NCBI GenBank assembly: GCA_010093745.1
Contig: MU005970.1
Location: forward strand, 205,549-269,548
DNA: 64,000 bases
Direction of reading: 5' to 3'
DNA from: Piedraia hortae CBS 480.64
Lineage: Eukaryota
The notes below the pieces were generated by a model. It saw nothing but the letters and a program-made list of their open reading frames with translations, was not told the origin of the DNA and searched no databases. Both the position numbers and the translations under genes were made by a program. Positions 9,900 to 21,433 of the stretch are shown here, one piece after another (the stretch's first letter is position 1; each line of letters opens with the position of its first letter).

Positions 9900-12131
9900 A
9901 TGGTGTGTTCGCTAAGGATTTATTTCCCTGATTGGTCTGCTATGTCCATATTCCCAAAGAAGCAAGGGCTCCAAACTCCAAACTGCTTGATCGAGCTGAG
10001 AATGCAGTCTTTGTCGGGTATGGCAACAGCACCAAAATCCACACGGTCTATGTTCCGCAACGAGATATCATCTTCACGTCTTAGAACGTCACGTTCTCAC
10101 CAAGCTCCAACTTGCCCAACGAACAGCACAACATGGATGTTTATCCTGTCCCAAACCCTAAAGACAACCACCAAGCGGACTCTTCCTCCAACCTCACCAG
10201 CCAACCACATGTCCAAGACCAGCCAAGTCCCGTCTCTAAGCCCAATACCATCATCACTCAGTATGACAGAATTGTCTGACCAGTCGTTCGTCTGCATCAA
10301 GAGGAAAATTGGCCATCTTGCCCACGCAGATGAAATTCAAGACGCCATCGCACTTGCCGCAGCTACGCCCGACATTCCCGCCTTCTACAATCAAGCACGC
10401 AGGTCTCCCGAGTGGCACCACTGGCAGGCTGCCATGAAACTGGAACTGGGCTCCCACACCGACAATGGTACCTGGACTACGGTCACCCGTCAACATATCC
10501 CTCAAATCTTTGTCGGTAGTCGACGGGTTTACGCCAATAAGTACGACCACAATGGCAACCTTATCCGATATAAGGCCCGTTTGGTCGCGCAAGGCTTTTC
10601 CCAAGTCCAGGGTATTGATTACTCGAAGATCTAAGCCCCTGTCGCTCGCTACAACTCATTCCGCTTACTCCTTGCGTTGGCTGCTCATCACGGCTGGACC
10701 CCTTACCAAATGGATTTTGATACAACATACCTCAATGCTTCATTATTAGAGGTGGTCCACATCCACCCGCCACCAGGCATCGAGCTTGATGGCTCTCTCA
10801 GACCCCGCAAAGCTTTATACGGCCTCAAGCAGTCTGGAAGAGAGAGGTATGGTCTCCTGACCAAGAAGACTCTTCAAGAGGGATACACGCAAACCCGGTT
10901 CGATCCATGCATTTTCGCACACGGCAAGCAGCACATTTTCATCGGCATTTATGTTGACTATCTGCTGCTTGTGGGGGAGTCCAACGCCATCCAAAACTTC
11001 AAAAACAGGATGTGCCAACTGTTCATATGCAAGGACCTTGGACATGCAAGATATCTCCTTGGCTTTGAGATCTCAATCACCAGCAACTTCATCGAGATCT
11101 CACAAAAGGACTATGCCGAGCATTTTCTCAAACAATTTGGGATGTGTAACTGCAACCAACGGCACACTCCAATGGACCCTAACAGTCGCCCAGAGCCTCT
11201 CCAAGAAGTCGAACCTCTGGCTGATCTACGACTGTACAAAGAGAACATCGGGTCATTAAACTATTTGGTCACCGGAACACAATCTCCCCGGCTCAGCGCT
11301 TACAAATCCAAGCCTAGGCAAAAGCTATTTGTTGATGAATGACGTCATGCATGCGTCGCACGCAAACAGGTTTTCTGGATTTCGGGCGTCGTAGAGAATA
11401 TGGGCTGGCCCCCAACACTCTTGTACTTTGAAGTAAAATATATTCATCCCTTTACTGAGAGTGTCACTACGAACTAAAGCATATGGTACTAGTAGACCAA
11501 ACACTACGGTACATCAAGGCCGCTATCAGCTACCGTCCCCGTTACCCAATCAAGACCTCCGCTTTAAACGTCCACGCCTTCTCAGGCTCCTCTTAGCTAT
11601 CAGAATGGGAATCGCGGTCATACGGAGGCTACATCGCCCTCCTTGGAAACGCTGTTATCTCCTGGCACAGCCACCGACAAAATGATGTTGTCAAATCAAC
11701 GTGCGAGGCGGAATACATGGCCGCCTCTAATGCAGCAAGCCACCTCGTTTGGATCAGACATGGTCTCCACGAACTGGCGCCAGCTTCCCTAAACTGGACC
11801 CTGAAACGGTACCAACTGCTCATCGATAACAAGGCTGCAAAGTCCCTGATTCAAGGGACCAAAAGCACCAGTCGCATCAAGCACATTGCGTATCACTACC
11901 ACCTCGTCAAGGATCATCACGGAAGGAGCTACTTGGTCAGCCACGTTCCCTCTCATGATAACTTTGCGGACGTCTGAACCAAATCACTTCCCAAGCCAAT
12001 CCTACAGAGGTTCGCTTCGACAATTGGCCTACTGCACCACGATCACTAACAACTTGCCTGCCAAGCACCATCTTACTGATCGCCTTGCTAACCCCGCAAC
12101 TTGCTTATTAGCTCCTCGCTTCAAGGGGGAG
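9900..12131 (+). mobile_element. Ty1/copia pol remnant (integrase C-terminus, RT, RNase H) with stops and frameshifts; 5' truncated
   Basis: KLLDRAENAVFVGY, WQAAMKLEL, YKARLVAQGFSQVQGIDY, KALYGLKQSGR, YVDY, STCEAEYMA, KHIAYHYHLV; polypurine tract AAGGGGGAG at 12123-12131. Confidence 0.95.
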
Positions 12132-12523
12132 TGTTGGCATGAATGCTATGCGTGTGCGATGCCACTGCGCGACACCTCTTACACCAGTAGCTGCACCCTA
12201 GGTTTTGTCCTCATAGAGGTTTCCGTCAGGGTCATGTCGCATGCGACATGGTGAATGCGCCCTGCTACTGTTTGAGGTGAGTCATGAAGTAGGTCCGCAT
12301 GCTGAAGGTCTTGCTGCATGTATGATCACTTGCTTACGGTCATACGAATCATGACTCTTCATGCGAGGCTGCGCACTGGCCTACCGGCCCAGAATATATT
12401 CTCTGATGTCCCCTCGTAGATACACTTGTATTCACTTGTACACACATCTCTACTCTCCATCCATCGTTCTCACTCGCACATACCATCTGTTTCAGTATAC
12501 AGCCGGTCCTGAAAGATGTCAAT
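12132..12523 (+). mobile_element. 3' LTR of the copia element
   Basis: Starts TGTTGG directly after the PPT; ends about TGTCAATA; homologous to 8141-8431. Confidence 0.8.
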
Positions 12524-13559
12524 ACCCAAGAACATGACTAATCATTGAGGGAAGGTTTCTTACCAAGCGGGCCCAGCTGTAACGGAACATTGGTACCGAT
12601 AATGACATGAACGCGAGAAACACGCGCTTGTCAATGATTGTAAGGTCGGCGGGATAGCCCAGTCCTATGGTCGTAGAACCCAAGTACATGAAGTACATCG
12701 CAACCCGGAACGACCTTGCGCAAGGTGGGCACAATTCATGATCTCCTGCGGTGCAACCGAGGCTTACCAGACCTTGTTGTCTTTCTCGCCGACCACCTTT
12801 GTTGTGCTGGAGTCGAGTCCAGGAAAAACAATTCCGCCAAAGATATTTACTAGTGCATTCGCTGCGGCCCATTTCAGGACCTTCTTCCAGCGCTCTGCCA
12901 AGATGAAGGCAGTGCGGCCAGAAAGGTCCGGGGATAATTCTTGCCAATAGGTCATTGCCATGATGGGCCCGATCATGCTATCAATAGCTTGGCCAAGGAC
13001 GGTGGCGTATACAATAACGCCGTGGGCAAGGGATACATCGATGTCTGGCGGTCCCAAGCTCATGGTTAAGAAACAATACTGATTTCTTAGCTTTTGAGTG
13101 GCAGTAAATGGGTAATGTACTTACGCGCATAGTGTACACGCTGTCGAAGTAGAGAAGGTGGCTTGCTCTGGAGAGATGCAAAGCCGTTGCCAGTTTGGTG
13201 GCCGATTGTACAAAGTCCAAGGCGATTATGACATACTGTCGCGAAGTTAGTCAACCTTTCATCAAACGGTATATCAACATACGACCAGCCAGTACCTGAA
13301 TATTGGCCCCGCATTTATGATTTGCTTTGCAAAGTTGGTGGAGACTTTCTTATCTTGTTATGGCCTCCACGTTTGTTTCCACAAAATCGTTTGACTCCTT
13401 TCCTTCCGTCAAACCGAACTTGCATCGCATTCGCAGTTCTCTTGTAGAGTCGCTGGGGACTCTGCGTTTTTGCGTGGCGAAAATTATCGTGTTCAGACCT
13501 CTTAATCGGTCTGGAACTGGCATTGAGCCATCTCCTGTCTCAGGTCCAGCCCCTGACAC
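12524..13559 (-). pseudogene. Diverged two-pore-domain K+ channel-like gene (TOK/K2P), one premature stop, truncated by the LTR
   Basis: Introns 13236-13295, 13079-13124 and 12715-12767 splice in frame, giving YFDSVYTMRYCFLTMSLGP and WSFRVAMYFMYLGSTTIGLGY, each followed by a hydrophobic helix. Confidence 0.6.
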
Positions 13560-13912
13560 AAAGTGCGGTCATGGCCGTCTACCTACACGTCCATGACCGC
13601 ACTTTGCTGATTACCCTGCAGAGCCGCCAAGAATTTTTTGTGTTGTGTGGCGAACGAGATTGTGTGTTTGCCCCGCCTTTCTTTCCACAATGTCGCCCCA
13701 TCTCTTTTCAACCAATCAAGCTTGCTCACCCCGGTTCCCAACTGAGACTCGCCCCACCTCCGCCTATCAAAGTTGCATTATCTCATTCGGTTTTCAAACT
13801 GCATTTTGTCCATCTTGCTCCAACTTTCTAGGTTTGTACATGCATATAACGTTACGCTCCGACTGCAACGTGCATACGCGAACAACTCATCGCTACTACG
13901 CAGTGAAGAAAC

Positions 13913-15270
13913 ATGGCACCAAAGAAAGCGACTCGTCCCAACGCTGCAGCTAGAAGGACGACTAAAAGTAAGGCGGCGTCGACCAGCCGGAGGAGAAATC
14001 ATTCGCCCTCGGGTATCAACAGCCACTCAGCGACCCGTCTATCAGCGACAACCGCGCCAAGGGCCCGTTGTAGCGGTGCATCCACGAGAACTACTCGTGA
14101 CACAGCGACAGCGACCAACCAGAGGAGAAGTCTTCCGCCCTCTAGAAACTGCAGTCCGTCAGCTTAGCTGGATCGGTTGCCTTCGGGTGATGTCTCGCAC
14201 CTTGAACAGATGGTCGGCGTCCAAGACGCTGTGCCTGTCCCATTGCCAGTCCCGTATCGGTCGTCGTCCCTAGCTAGCTCGAGTCCACCTCCACCTCCGC
14301 TGCTTATGTCAACCCTGGTCTCAGCGGAGCAGTCCGTCATTGAGGAGATCCGTGCGGCCACGGCTGCGGCACGGGCTATGCCCTCAGACATCACGAGTTC
14401 CTCTTTCCTGACTGATTCGCGAAGGTATGAAACACTTTCTTACATTAAGTAACAGCTAGGCGCTTTCCAAGGAGCCACAGAAGGTGAGAGATTGTATTAT
14501 CGTCCGCTTTCTGTTGGAGCTGCACGAGCAACAGGGCAGGCTCGAAGATCGCTTGCGCAGAGCTGAAATCGATCAGCACGAGGCAGAACAACTGCGCATC
14601 TTAACCACTGTAAGTCGTCGGCCCATAACCCACAACGATGTTGAACACCCTTACTCTTTGCAGCGCGGCAACGAGACCCTTCGTGAAATCCTTCGGTGGG
14701 AAGGTTATCAAGCAGCAACATGGAAAGATGGAAGCACCTTCGCGGAAAGTGTGCTTCGTCAGCAGAAGTCATGTATGACTGATTCTATATACTAGGCTGT
14801 ACTGATTGCGAAGGGGATGCTGAACGCCCCGGGCACAAAAGTGTTGAAGGCAATGTGCGACATCAAGACAATCTATCTGTCGTGCTTTCGCACGAAACTC
14901 GCCACCTTAAACAGGAAGGCACCGCTTTTTCAGGTCCTGCAGCACCTGGCAAATCCACGGGCGCACTTGACGCCCGAGCGCGTTACACAGTAGCAGGCCA
15001 CATCGGCTGCAGTTTTGGTAGGTCACCAACCGTCCTAGTCTCTGATATCAATTTCTAACTCATATCAAAAGCAGTAGAAAGTGGTCAGGTTTTCAAAACC
15101 TCTGCCGAGGGGAATTTCGAAAAGTCCTCCGCCCGCTTTTATGGCTTTACCGGCTGAAATGGAGGCGACTATCCTTAGCCATGATGTGGGAAAATATGGC
15201 TGGACGAAATTTGGTGATAAGGGCTCGGGAATACTCGAAAACGACGCCGAGACGCAGGCAGATGAGTAGT
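13913..15270 (+). pseudogene. Degraded multi-exon gene of unknown family (basic, Ser/Thr/Pro-rich N-terminus)
   Basis: MAPKKATRP ORF continues in the same frame past TAG 14165-14167; GTATGA/GTAGGT donors with CTGAT/CTAAC branch sites; further stops downstream. Confidence 0.5.
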
Positions 15271-16183
15271 GCATTTTTTAGACTGTGGAAACTCTTGGCA
15301 TAACACTGCTTGCAGTGGCTATTGCAGTGATGATTTGCAATGATTCGAATGCTCGTTATTGTATGTCGACTGACGATCAGTGATCGGGCTTAACTCGTCA
15401 TTAAGGGAGGGATTCTCTCTATACGATGGTCACGATGACTGTCCTTGGTGGTTAGTAATGTCGATCAGGACAATACCATTGATTATAGTCACTGCTGATC
15501 CTTGCACTTTTCTTCTGTCAGCAGTGATCATCATGTCATTTCCTTTACCAGTGTTTTATGACCATTAGCACCCTCATTAGATAGAGAGTTAAAGGGGACG
15601 AACTGATTGTGTGAGTACACTGAGACGTTAATATATGTATAGTTATCTATCCTGCATACATAGGGACGTTGTTCATGGTCATCACGTGACACATCCTTCA
15701 ACTTATAGTCACTGACTCGGGACTGGCAGTGCGCTTTAGTGACATGCTCTTACGAAGGACAGTGTTATTCTGCGTGAAGACGCTGTCGTAGTTGCGTTTG
15801 AGACCAGGATAGTCATCCAGCTGCATGACGAACTTAAGGGATGGTGGAGGGAATGTGTTGCGATACGACAGACATGAAGACTATGAGACCTCCATCGATG
15901 TCATTCCTGGTGGGACAACTCTATTTAAATGACGGCTGGCCTCTGTCTAAGGCCAGGCCGCAAATCGCAGAAAACAAACATCTGAAAGCCACAAAGCATC
16001 TGGCCCACATGTATGCTAGATACACAACCATCTGTCCCCACTCGCGTCACAGCAGTAAAGCCTTCCGGCGCGGGCCTCGTTAATCTATTTGTTGTGATGG
16101 GTATCGTCGAATCTTGAAGGTGAGGGACCTGTCTTGTCGTGACATTTTCATCACGTGTAATTCTTCCCACTTGGAGTAGAAGG

Positions 16184-16301
16184 TGTCACGGCTCGGACTA
16201 TGCTATCCTTATAACTGTGTTGTGATTTACGGAAGAGCTAACTACGCTGTGGGCTGGAGGTGAGGTGTCGGGTCACGTGGCTGAGATATGGTTCCGTGAC
16301 A
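16184..16301. mobile_element. 118-bp solo LTR-like element
   Basis: Perfect terminal inverted repeat TGTCACGG...CCGTGACA flanked by GAAGG/GAAGA (5-bp TSD, one mismatch). Confidence 0.75.
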
Positions 16302-16622
16302 GAAGATCACTTGGTTTCAATTGTTAGTAAAGGTCGTAAACATGTCTGCTCTTGTTCTAACCACCTCCTCACGTAACAAGCCAGCAAGATTAGAGGCTCA
16401 AACACAAGAGTTAAATCCACAATTCCACATACCAACTCTGTGAAGTTTGAGATTGAAACCCATGAAAAGATGCCGATATGTACAGCAAAGAAATACGACC
16501 CTCCACGACCTCCATTCCTTTTTCCTTCTTTCTCTGCCACAAACAATGGTAACCATTTCACAGAAACGTTGAAAAGAAATTGGTCACTCACGACATACAC
16601 TCCACAGACTCAGTACGACTAC

Positions 16623-17147
16623 CTACTCCTCCATCCCCACCCCAAGAATCCAGCGGTGCGCCTTGGGTTCTAGCTCAATTTGCAGGGCAATAGTATCACA
16701 CCACGAACCAGCCAGCGCGCAAACATCAATAAGGACTGGCGGCAAAAGCCTCGAGGCCTCTTCCCTGATTGCCTTCTTGTTAGCAACCATCTTTTCGGAA
16801 GGCTGCTGGGGTGCGGACACCAGCGGTGACATGGCCTTGGTGGGCTTCTTGGCAGTCTTCCTGGCAGGCACGAGGAGTGTGCAAGATGAACAACAGACGC
16901 CCTTTATGATCATGCGGTTTTTCTTCTTAGGGAGGGCAACCTTGGGTCGCGCGCCGCCGACCTTGTTGATGCCGTGATTGCTTGGCTTGGTATTGTTGAC
17001 AGGCCTAAGGCTCTTGCACACGGCACGAGCTTCGTTATATGTGTTGAAGCCAAAATAACGGCCGGGAACGTCGTCAATGGGGACGTAGGTCGAGCTAGCG
17101 CGCCAGTTGCCACCGCCGGCGGAGGTGGGAGAGGGACGAGAAGGCAT
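16623..17147 (-). CDS. Hypothetical Lys/Pro-rich protein, 174 aa
   Basis: Intact ATG ORF with a CT-rich leader; no recognised domain. Confidence 0.35.
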   Translation of the reverse strand: MPSRPSPTSAGGGNWRASSTYVPIDDVPGRYFGFNTYNEARAVCKSLRPVNNTKPSNHGINKVGGARPKVALPKKKNRMIIKGVCCSSCTLLVPARKTAKKPTKAMSPLVSAPQQPSEKMVANKKAIREEASRLLPPVLIDVCALAGSWCDTIALQIELEPKAHRWILGVGMEE

Positions 17148-18414
17148 GCTGTTCGATATGATTGCTGATGTTGATGTTCATGATTATAGAGGTTGGCGAC
17201 AGAGGTGTCAGAGTGGGAGGTTGGAAGAGGATGAAGAGGGCGTAAGTAGCGATAAAGCAGAGAACTTTATTTGGCATTACTTGACCCAAGTAATGTACTG
17301 CGAAGTCACATGTGCTTGAGGTGAAGTATTCCAGATCTATCGGCCCAAGTTGAAGTACTGCGGAGTCGTTGACGAAGTAAAGTGTATCCACCTGGATAGA
17401 GTAACCCTGTAAACACGCTTAAGATGACATTCTGCTGAAGTGGTTGTTTTCAGCATTACCATCATGCGGTTATTTTCGATAAGAGGAAATTCTTGTATGC
17501 AAGCAGTCCGGCTTTTTCCGTTTTTCAGGGTCTAGATACCTGTATATATGCAACGGTTCATCCGGTCGTGGTCTCAGCTCCGCAAAATATGTAGTCAGGG
17601 AGCACATCTGAAGCCACGTCTTCTCACGCGACGCTATCGTTTCCATTCGTTTCACGTACTACTCTACGCAGTGTGCATTTATGTAGTTTAGCTCGAATAT
17701 CCAGGTGAATGGCGCATTACCCAAGATGTACCGGCAAGTCAGCTTAGGTTAACCGCTCATAGCATTTACTTCTGAACCACTAAAAGCCACAAGTCCTTTG
17801 TGATCAGAACAGGTGGAATGTTCTAATAAGCAGCGGCACCTCGCGGGTGTGTCAGTATATACGCGTATCTAGAGCTACACAAGAAAATTTCTGAGTACTC
17901 GAACCCTGGTAAGGGATGTGGGTCATCACCTGCGGATCGCACCGTGGCGACCCGCACAACATGGAAGACATTTTTGAGAGGATTGATTTGCGTTTTGACG
18001 CTGCAAGTAAGCCCCAAGCGGCCATGACTCCACACCGTGCCTCCACAGGTACAAGACAAGTGCGATGCATTCTTCTTGTAGCGCTGAGTAGGATACTGGA
18101 CAATTATTACAATTGCTAAGAGCCAACTGAGTTGACCTGACACACCCGTTCTCTTGAGTGATACCGTGTACATGATGTAGTTCCATCGTGCCATTTTTCT
18201 GGGCTCAGATATGGATAGGTGTTGGCAGGCTTTACTTCCAAATTTTGATGGCAGTTTGCGATAGGGTGGTCTGTCTTGGCTTTGACACCACGCTAAGCCA
18301 AATGCGCCTAGCCCGACTCTCAGTCCTTTTGCGGAGCGGGAGTTGCCGAGGGCGGAGAATTTGACGTCCCATTCGACAGCTTGAGACAACTCCTCCGCAT
18401 CGCAACCAGCAAGC

Positions 18415-19055
18415 ATGGACTTCTCGGATATGTTGTAAGTGTAAACGAGTGCGCCTGGGTGATAGCTATCTACTGACACGACAACAGTCGGATTGTGAAC
18501 ATCGTCGTTGGCGTGTTCATGATCCTCGGCGGCCTGGGCCAGTTCTGGCCTTCGATCAACGTGTATGCATGTCGGAGAAGGTAGCGACACCAGTTGACTG
18601 TCTGCACAGCCAGAGCATCATCATCGCCTGCTACCTGTTCATCTTTGGGCTCTCGACCGGCCTTCTGGGTACTTGACCTCACTTGGAACCGGCGCATAAA
18701 GACTAACGCCGATACAGAGTTTCAAATCCCACCCCAAGTCGCTCGATACGCCTCTTTCATGTTCAGCTTTCTGGGCCGCGGTGTCTGTGAGTTTTGCCAC
18801 CGAACGTGAGTGAGAATGAATGCTGAACTCGAGAAACAGTCTACGTTTTTGTCGGAAGCATCTGCATGGGCGAGAAATGGTGGAGATATATCGCTGGTGC
18901 CATTATTGCTCTTGTCGGCTTCGGATACATTGCGCTCGAGTTTGTACCCAGCATCGAACCTCCGGCGAACATGAGGTGGGTACATCCGAAGAACAAGAGC
19001 CTAACTAACATATTACAGGGAGGCCGATCAGGGCTGGGGCACGGAACAGGTATAA
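18415..19055 (+). CDS. TVP15: Golgi membrane protein Tvp15-like (COPI-associated family), 6 exons
   Basis: Spliced MDFSDMFRIVNIVVG...EFQIPPQVARYASFMFSFLGRGVFYVFVG...IEPPANMREADQGWGTEQV. Confidence 0.85.
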
Positions 19056-19373
19056 GGAGACCGGAAATATCAAGGTAGAGTGTACGAATAGACGCTGATT
19101 CAGTAATGATTGCCTTGTAATGCCTTACAAGTACAGTAATCGTGTAGCTTGTATGGCCTGTGCTTGTGAATATCGCAGTGTAACGTCGGCGACAGGAAAC
19201 GAGATTTGGGAAGCGACGTGAGACAAGGACTTGGGCGACGATTGCTGGACCCTGGAGAGCAACGCATGCAGAGCAGACGAGTTGGCCGCTAGGATCGGAC
19301 CGTAGCGGAACGAGCCGCGCTGCGCGACCGGGATCTTGAATGTGAGTCGCAGCACGTCGAGATTGCCACCATA

Positions 19374-20405
19374 ATGACATCCTTGGAGGGCCAGGAGCTA
19401 CCGATGCCGCAAGAACAAAACTCGCAACAGCTTCCGTATGGCGCCTCTCAACCGCAACAGGCTGGGCGGAACTTGTCGCAGCAGGAGCTGGAGGCGGCGC
19501 AACACCTCATCGACCATTCTTTGAGCAACCACAGCGCAGACACTTCTCAAATAGCTGTGACGCAGAGACCTGAGGGCGGGCAAAGGTGCACCAACTGCGG
19601 AACCACCAAGACACCGCTATGGCGACGCGCTCCAGACGGAAAGACCATTTGTAACGCCTGCGGCCTCTACTACAAGGCCAGAAACCAGATGCGGCCAGTG
19701 GATATGAGACGGGGAGGCCCCGCGCCGGATCGCAGTAGTGCGACGCCGCCGACAGGCCTTCAGGGTCAGGTCACCTTTGTCGCCGCTGATCCGCAACAGG
19801 CCGGCACTTGTCCCGGCGGAGGCCGCTGTAACGGGACGGGAGGCAACGATAGCTGCAATGGTTGTCCGGCATACAACAACCGCATATCCAAAACAGCCAC
19901 TCTGCGCGGAAATGGGGCCGCCAACGCACCCGGTCCGGAGGTCGTGGTCGCCTGCCATAACTGCCGCACAACGATCACACCTCTCTGGCGACGCGACAAA
20001 GATGGCCACCCCATCTGCAATGCCTGCGGTCTATACTACAAACTCCACCACAATGACCGACCCGTCGATATGAAAAAAGACGACATTCAGCGTCGCAAAC
20101 GTATCATGCAGATTGATCAGCCCGCCCAAGCTGCCCCGCCTGTCCCGTCTGTCCCACTCGCCCCGCAACCTTCAAACGGACACGCCCACCCTCCCCACCA
20201 CAACTCCACCCACCCCGTGGCCCCCATTCCAATCCCAGTCGACTTCACAGATTTTACCTCCTCAAAACGGAAACGCGCTGCAGATGAGGGTGAAGATCCC
20301 GCTGCGAAGGCGGCGAAGAAGGAACAGCTACGGCGTGAGCTCGATCACATGATGAATTTGTATATCGCGAAAGAGAGGGAGCTTGCTGCGCTAGATGAGG
20401 GGTGA
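19374..20405 (+). CDS. sreA: Iron-responsive GATA repressor of siderophore genes (SreA/Sre1/Urbs1/Fep1 type)
   Basis: Two CX2CX17CX2C GATA fingers flanking CPGGGRCNGTGGNDSCNGCP; C-terminal coiled coil. Confidence 0.93.
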   Translation: MTSLEGQELPMPQEQNSQQLPYGASQPQQAGRNLSQQELEAAQHLIDHSLSNHSADTSQIAVTQRPEGGQRCTNCGTTKTPLWRRAPDGKTICNACGLYYKARNQMRPVDMRRGGPAPDRSSATPPTGLQGQVTFVAADPQQAGTCPGGGRCNGTGGNDSCNGCPAYNNRISKTATLRGNGAANAPGPEVVVACHNCRTTITPLWRRDKDGHPICNACGLYYKLHHNDRPVDMKKDDIQRRKRIMQIDQPAQAAPPVPSVPLAPQPSNGHAHPPHHNSTHPVAPIPIPVDFTDFTSSKRKRAADEGEDPAAKAAKKEQLRRELDHMMNLYIAKERELAALDEG

Positions 20406-21117
20406 CAGCTATACGTGGACCGAGAGCTGTAATATGTGTGTAGATGTGGTATACACGTGAGATGATCCTCTTTCCGCGTGTCAGACCCGAGAGGCCGGAG
20501 GGCACAAGGGCCGGAACTAAGCGGTGTGCGCTACTCTATATTGCCTATGAGACTAGAACAACGCGTAAAGACCAAAAGGGCAACTCTCTGTTGTACGATT
20601 TCACGGGCCGTGCCGATACCACGTGACTGGAAGTGGGACTGTGATTCTGACACTGCATATTGCTTTAAAACTCGCGAAGGGTTTCATGTGAGATGTGAGC
20701 CTATCGATCGTGGTGGTGGCTTCTGCCTTAACTCGAACTGGACAGAGTTTGTGTTAATGGCTGATTGAAGGATCTGCAGCGCGTGGCCGGAGACCTGCCC
20801 CTTAAATGAAAGACGCTACGAAAGCTGGCGACCTCTCCATTGCTTTATCAATGCCCGTGGACCCCGTAGTCGTCGGTGAACACCTTGCGTGCGCATCAAG
20901 TGATACTGAGCTATGATTGCGGACAGTTACGGCAACTGATACGCTATACAATTTGGCACTGAGATGCGCATTATGACCATCCTAAAGGGCAGTCACTGTT
21001 ACCGTGTCACTGACGCAATTTACTGCAAAAAGAGCGCAGTCGGAACCAATGAAGCAGTTGCGTGGAATTAGCACGGGTCAGTATGTGGTAGCTTGAATCG
21101 TGGCAGCGGCAACCATC

Positions 21118-21433
21118 GGGCTCATAACTGTCGGAGGGGTGAACCTCCGAGGACTACAGTGGAGCGGATATCGACGACAAATATTTTCACTCAACTTTGA
21201 CTGAAAAGGTAAATGTAGATGCCTATCTCTATGTGAGGTGAGGTTCGAAACCTTCCCCACACTACCTCAGTCTAACCGCATTCGCCAGGGCAACGTCAGC
21301 GAACCATGCCCTTAAGCATAAAAGAGACAATGACCCATCTCGGGGAAAACCTCCTCTATAGAGGTAAAAACTCTAAGAAGTTTCGACTTCTATCTACAGT
21401 TCTGGTCATGGTAGGTCCCACATCCTTCTGACA
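21118..21433 (-). mobile_element. Copia 5' LTR (21129-21433) plus primer-binding site (21118-21128)
   Basis: Minus strand reads TGTCAGA...TCCGACA followed at once by GTTATGAGCCC (complement of the tRNAi-Met anticodon arm); shares the GGGAAAACCTC..GAGG..AAAAC motif with the 8.3-kb LTR. Confidence 0.8.

Noticed and set aside
15327..15373. C/D-box snoRNA (GTGATGA...CTGA)
   Set aside because: Too short, no terminal stem, no recognisable rRNA guide
7000..17800. Starship or other giant mobile element
   Set aside because: No tyrosine recombinase captain, transposase or defined boundaries visible
17823..18590. 255-aa minus-strand ORF
   Set aside because: Antisense to TVP15 exons, non-ATG start, no domain
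21080..21264. tRNA-Met-like gene (GGGCTCATAAC and GGTTCGAAACC)
   Set aside because: The stems do not close; the anticodon-like match is better explained as a copia PBS abutting an LTR on the minus strand
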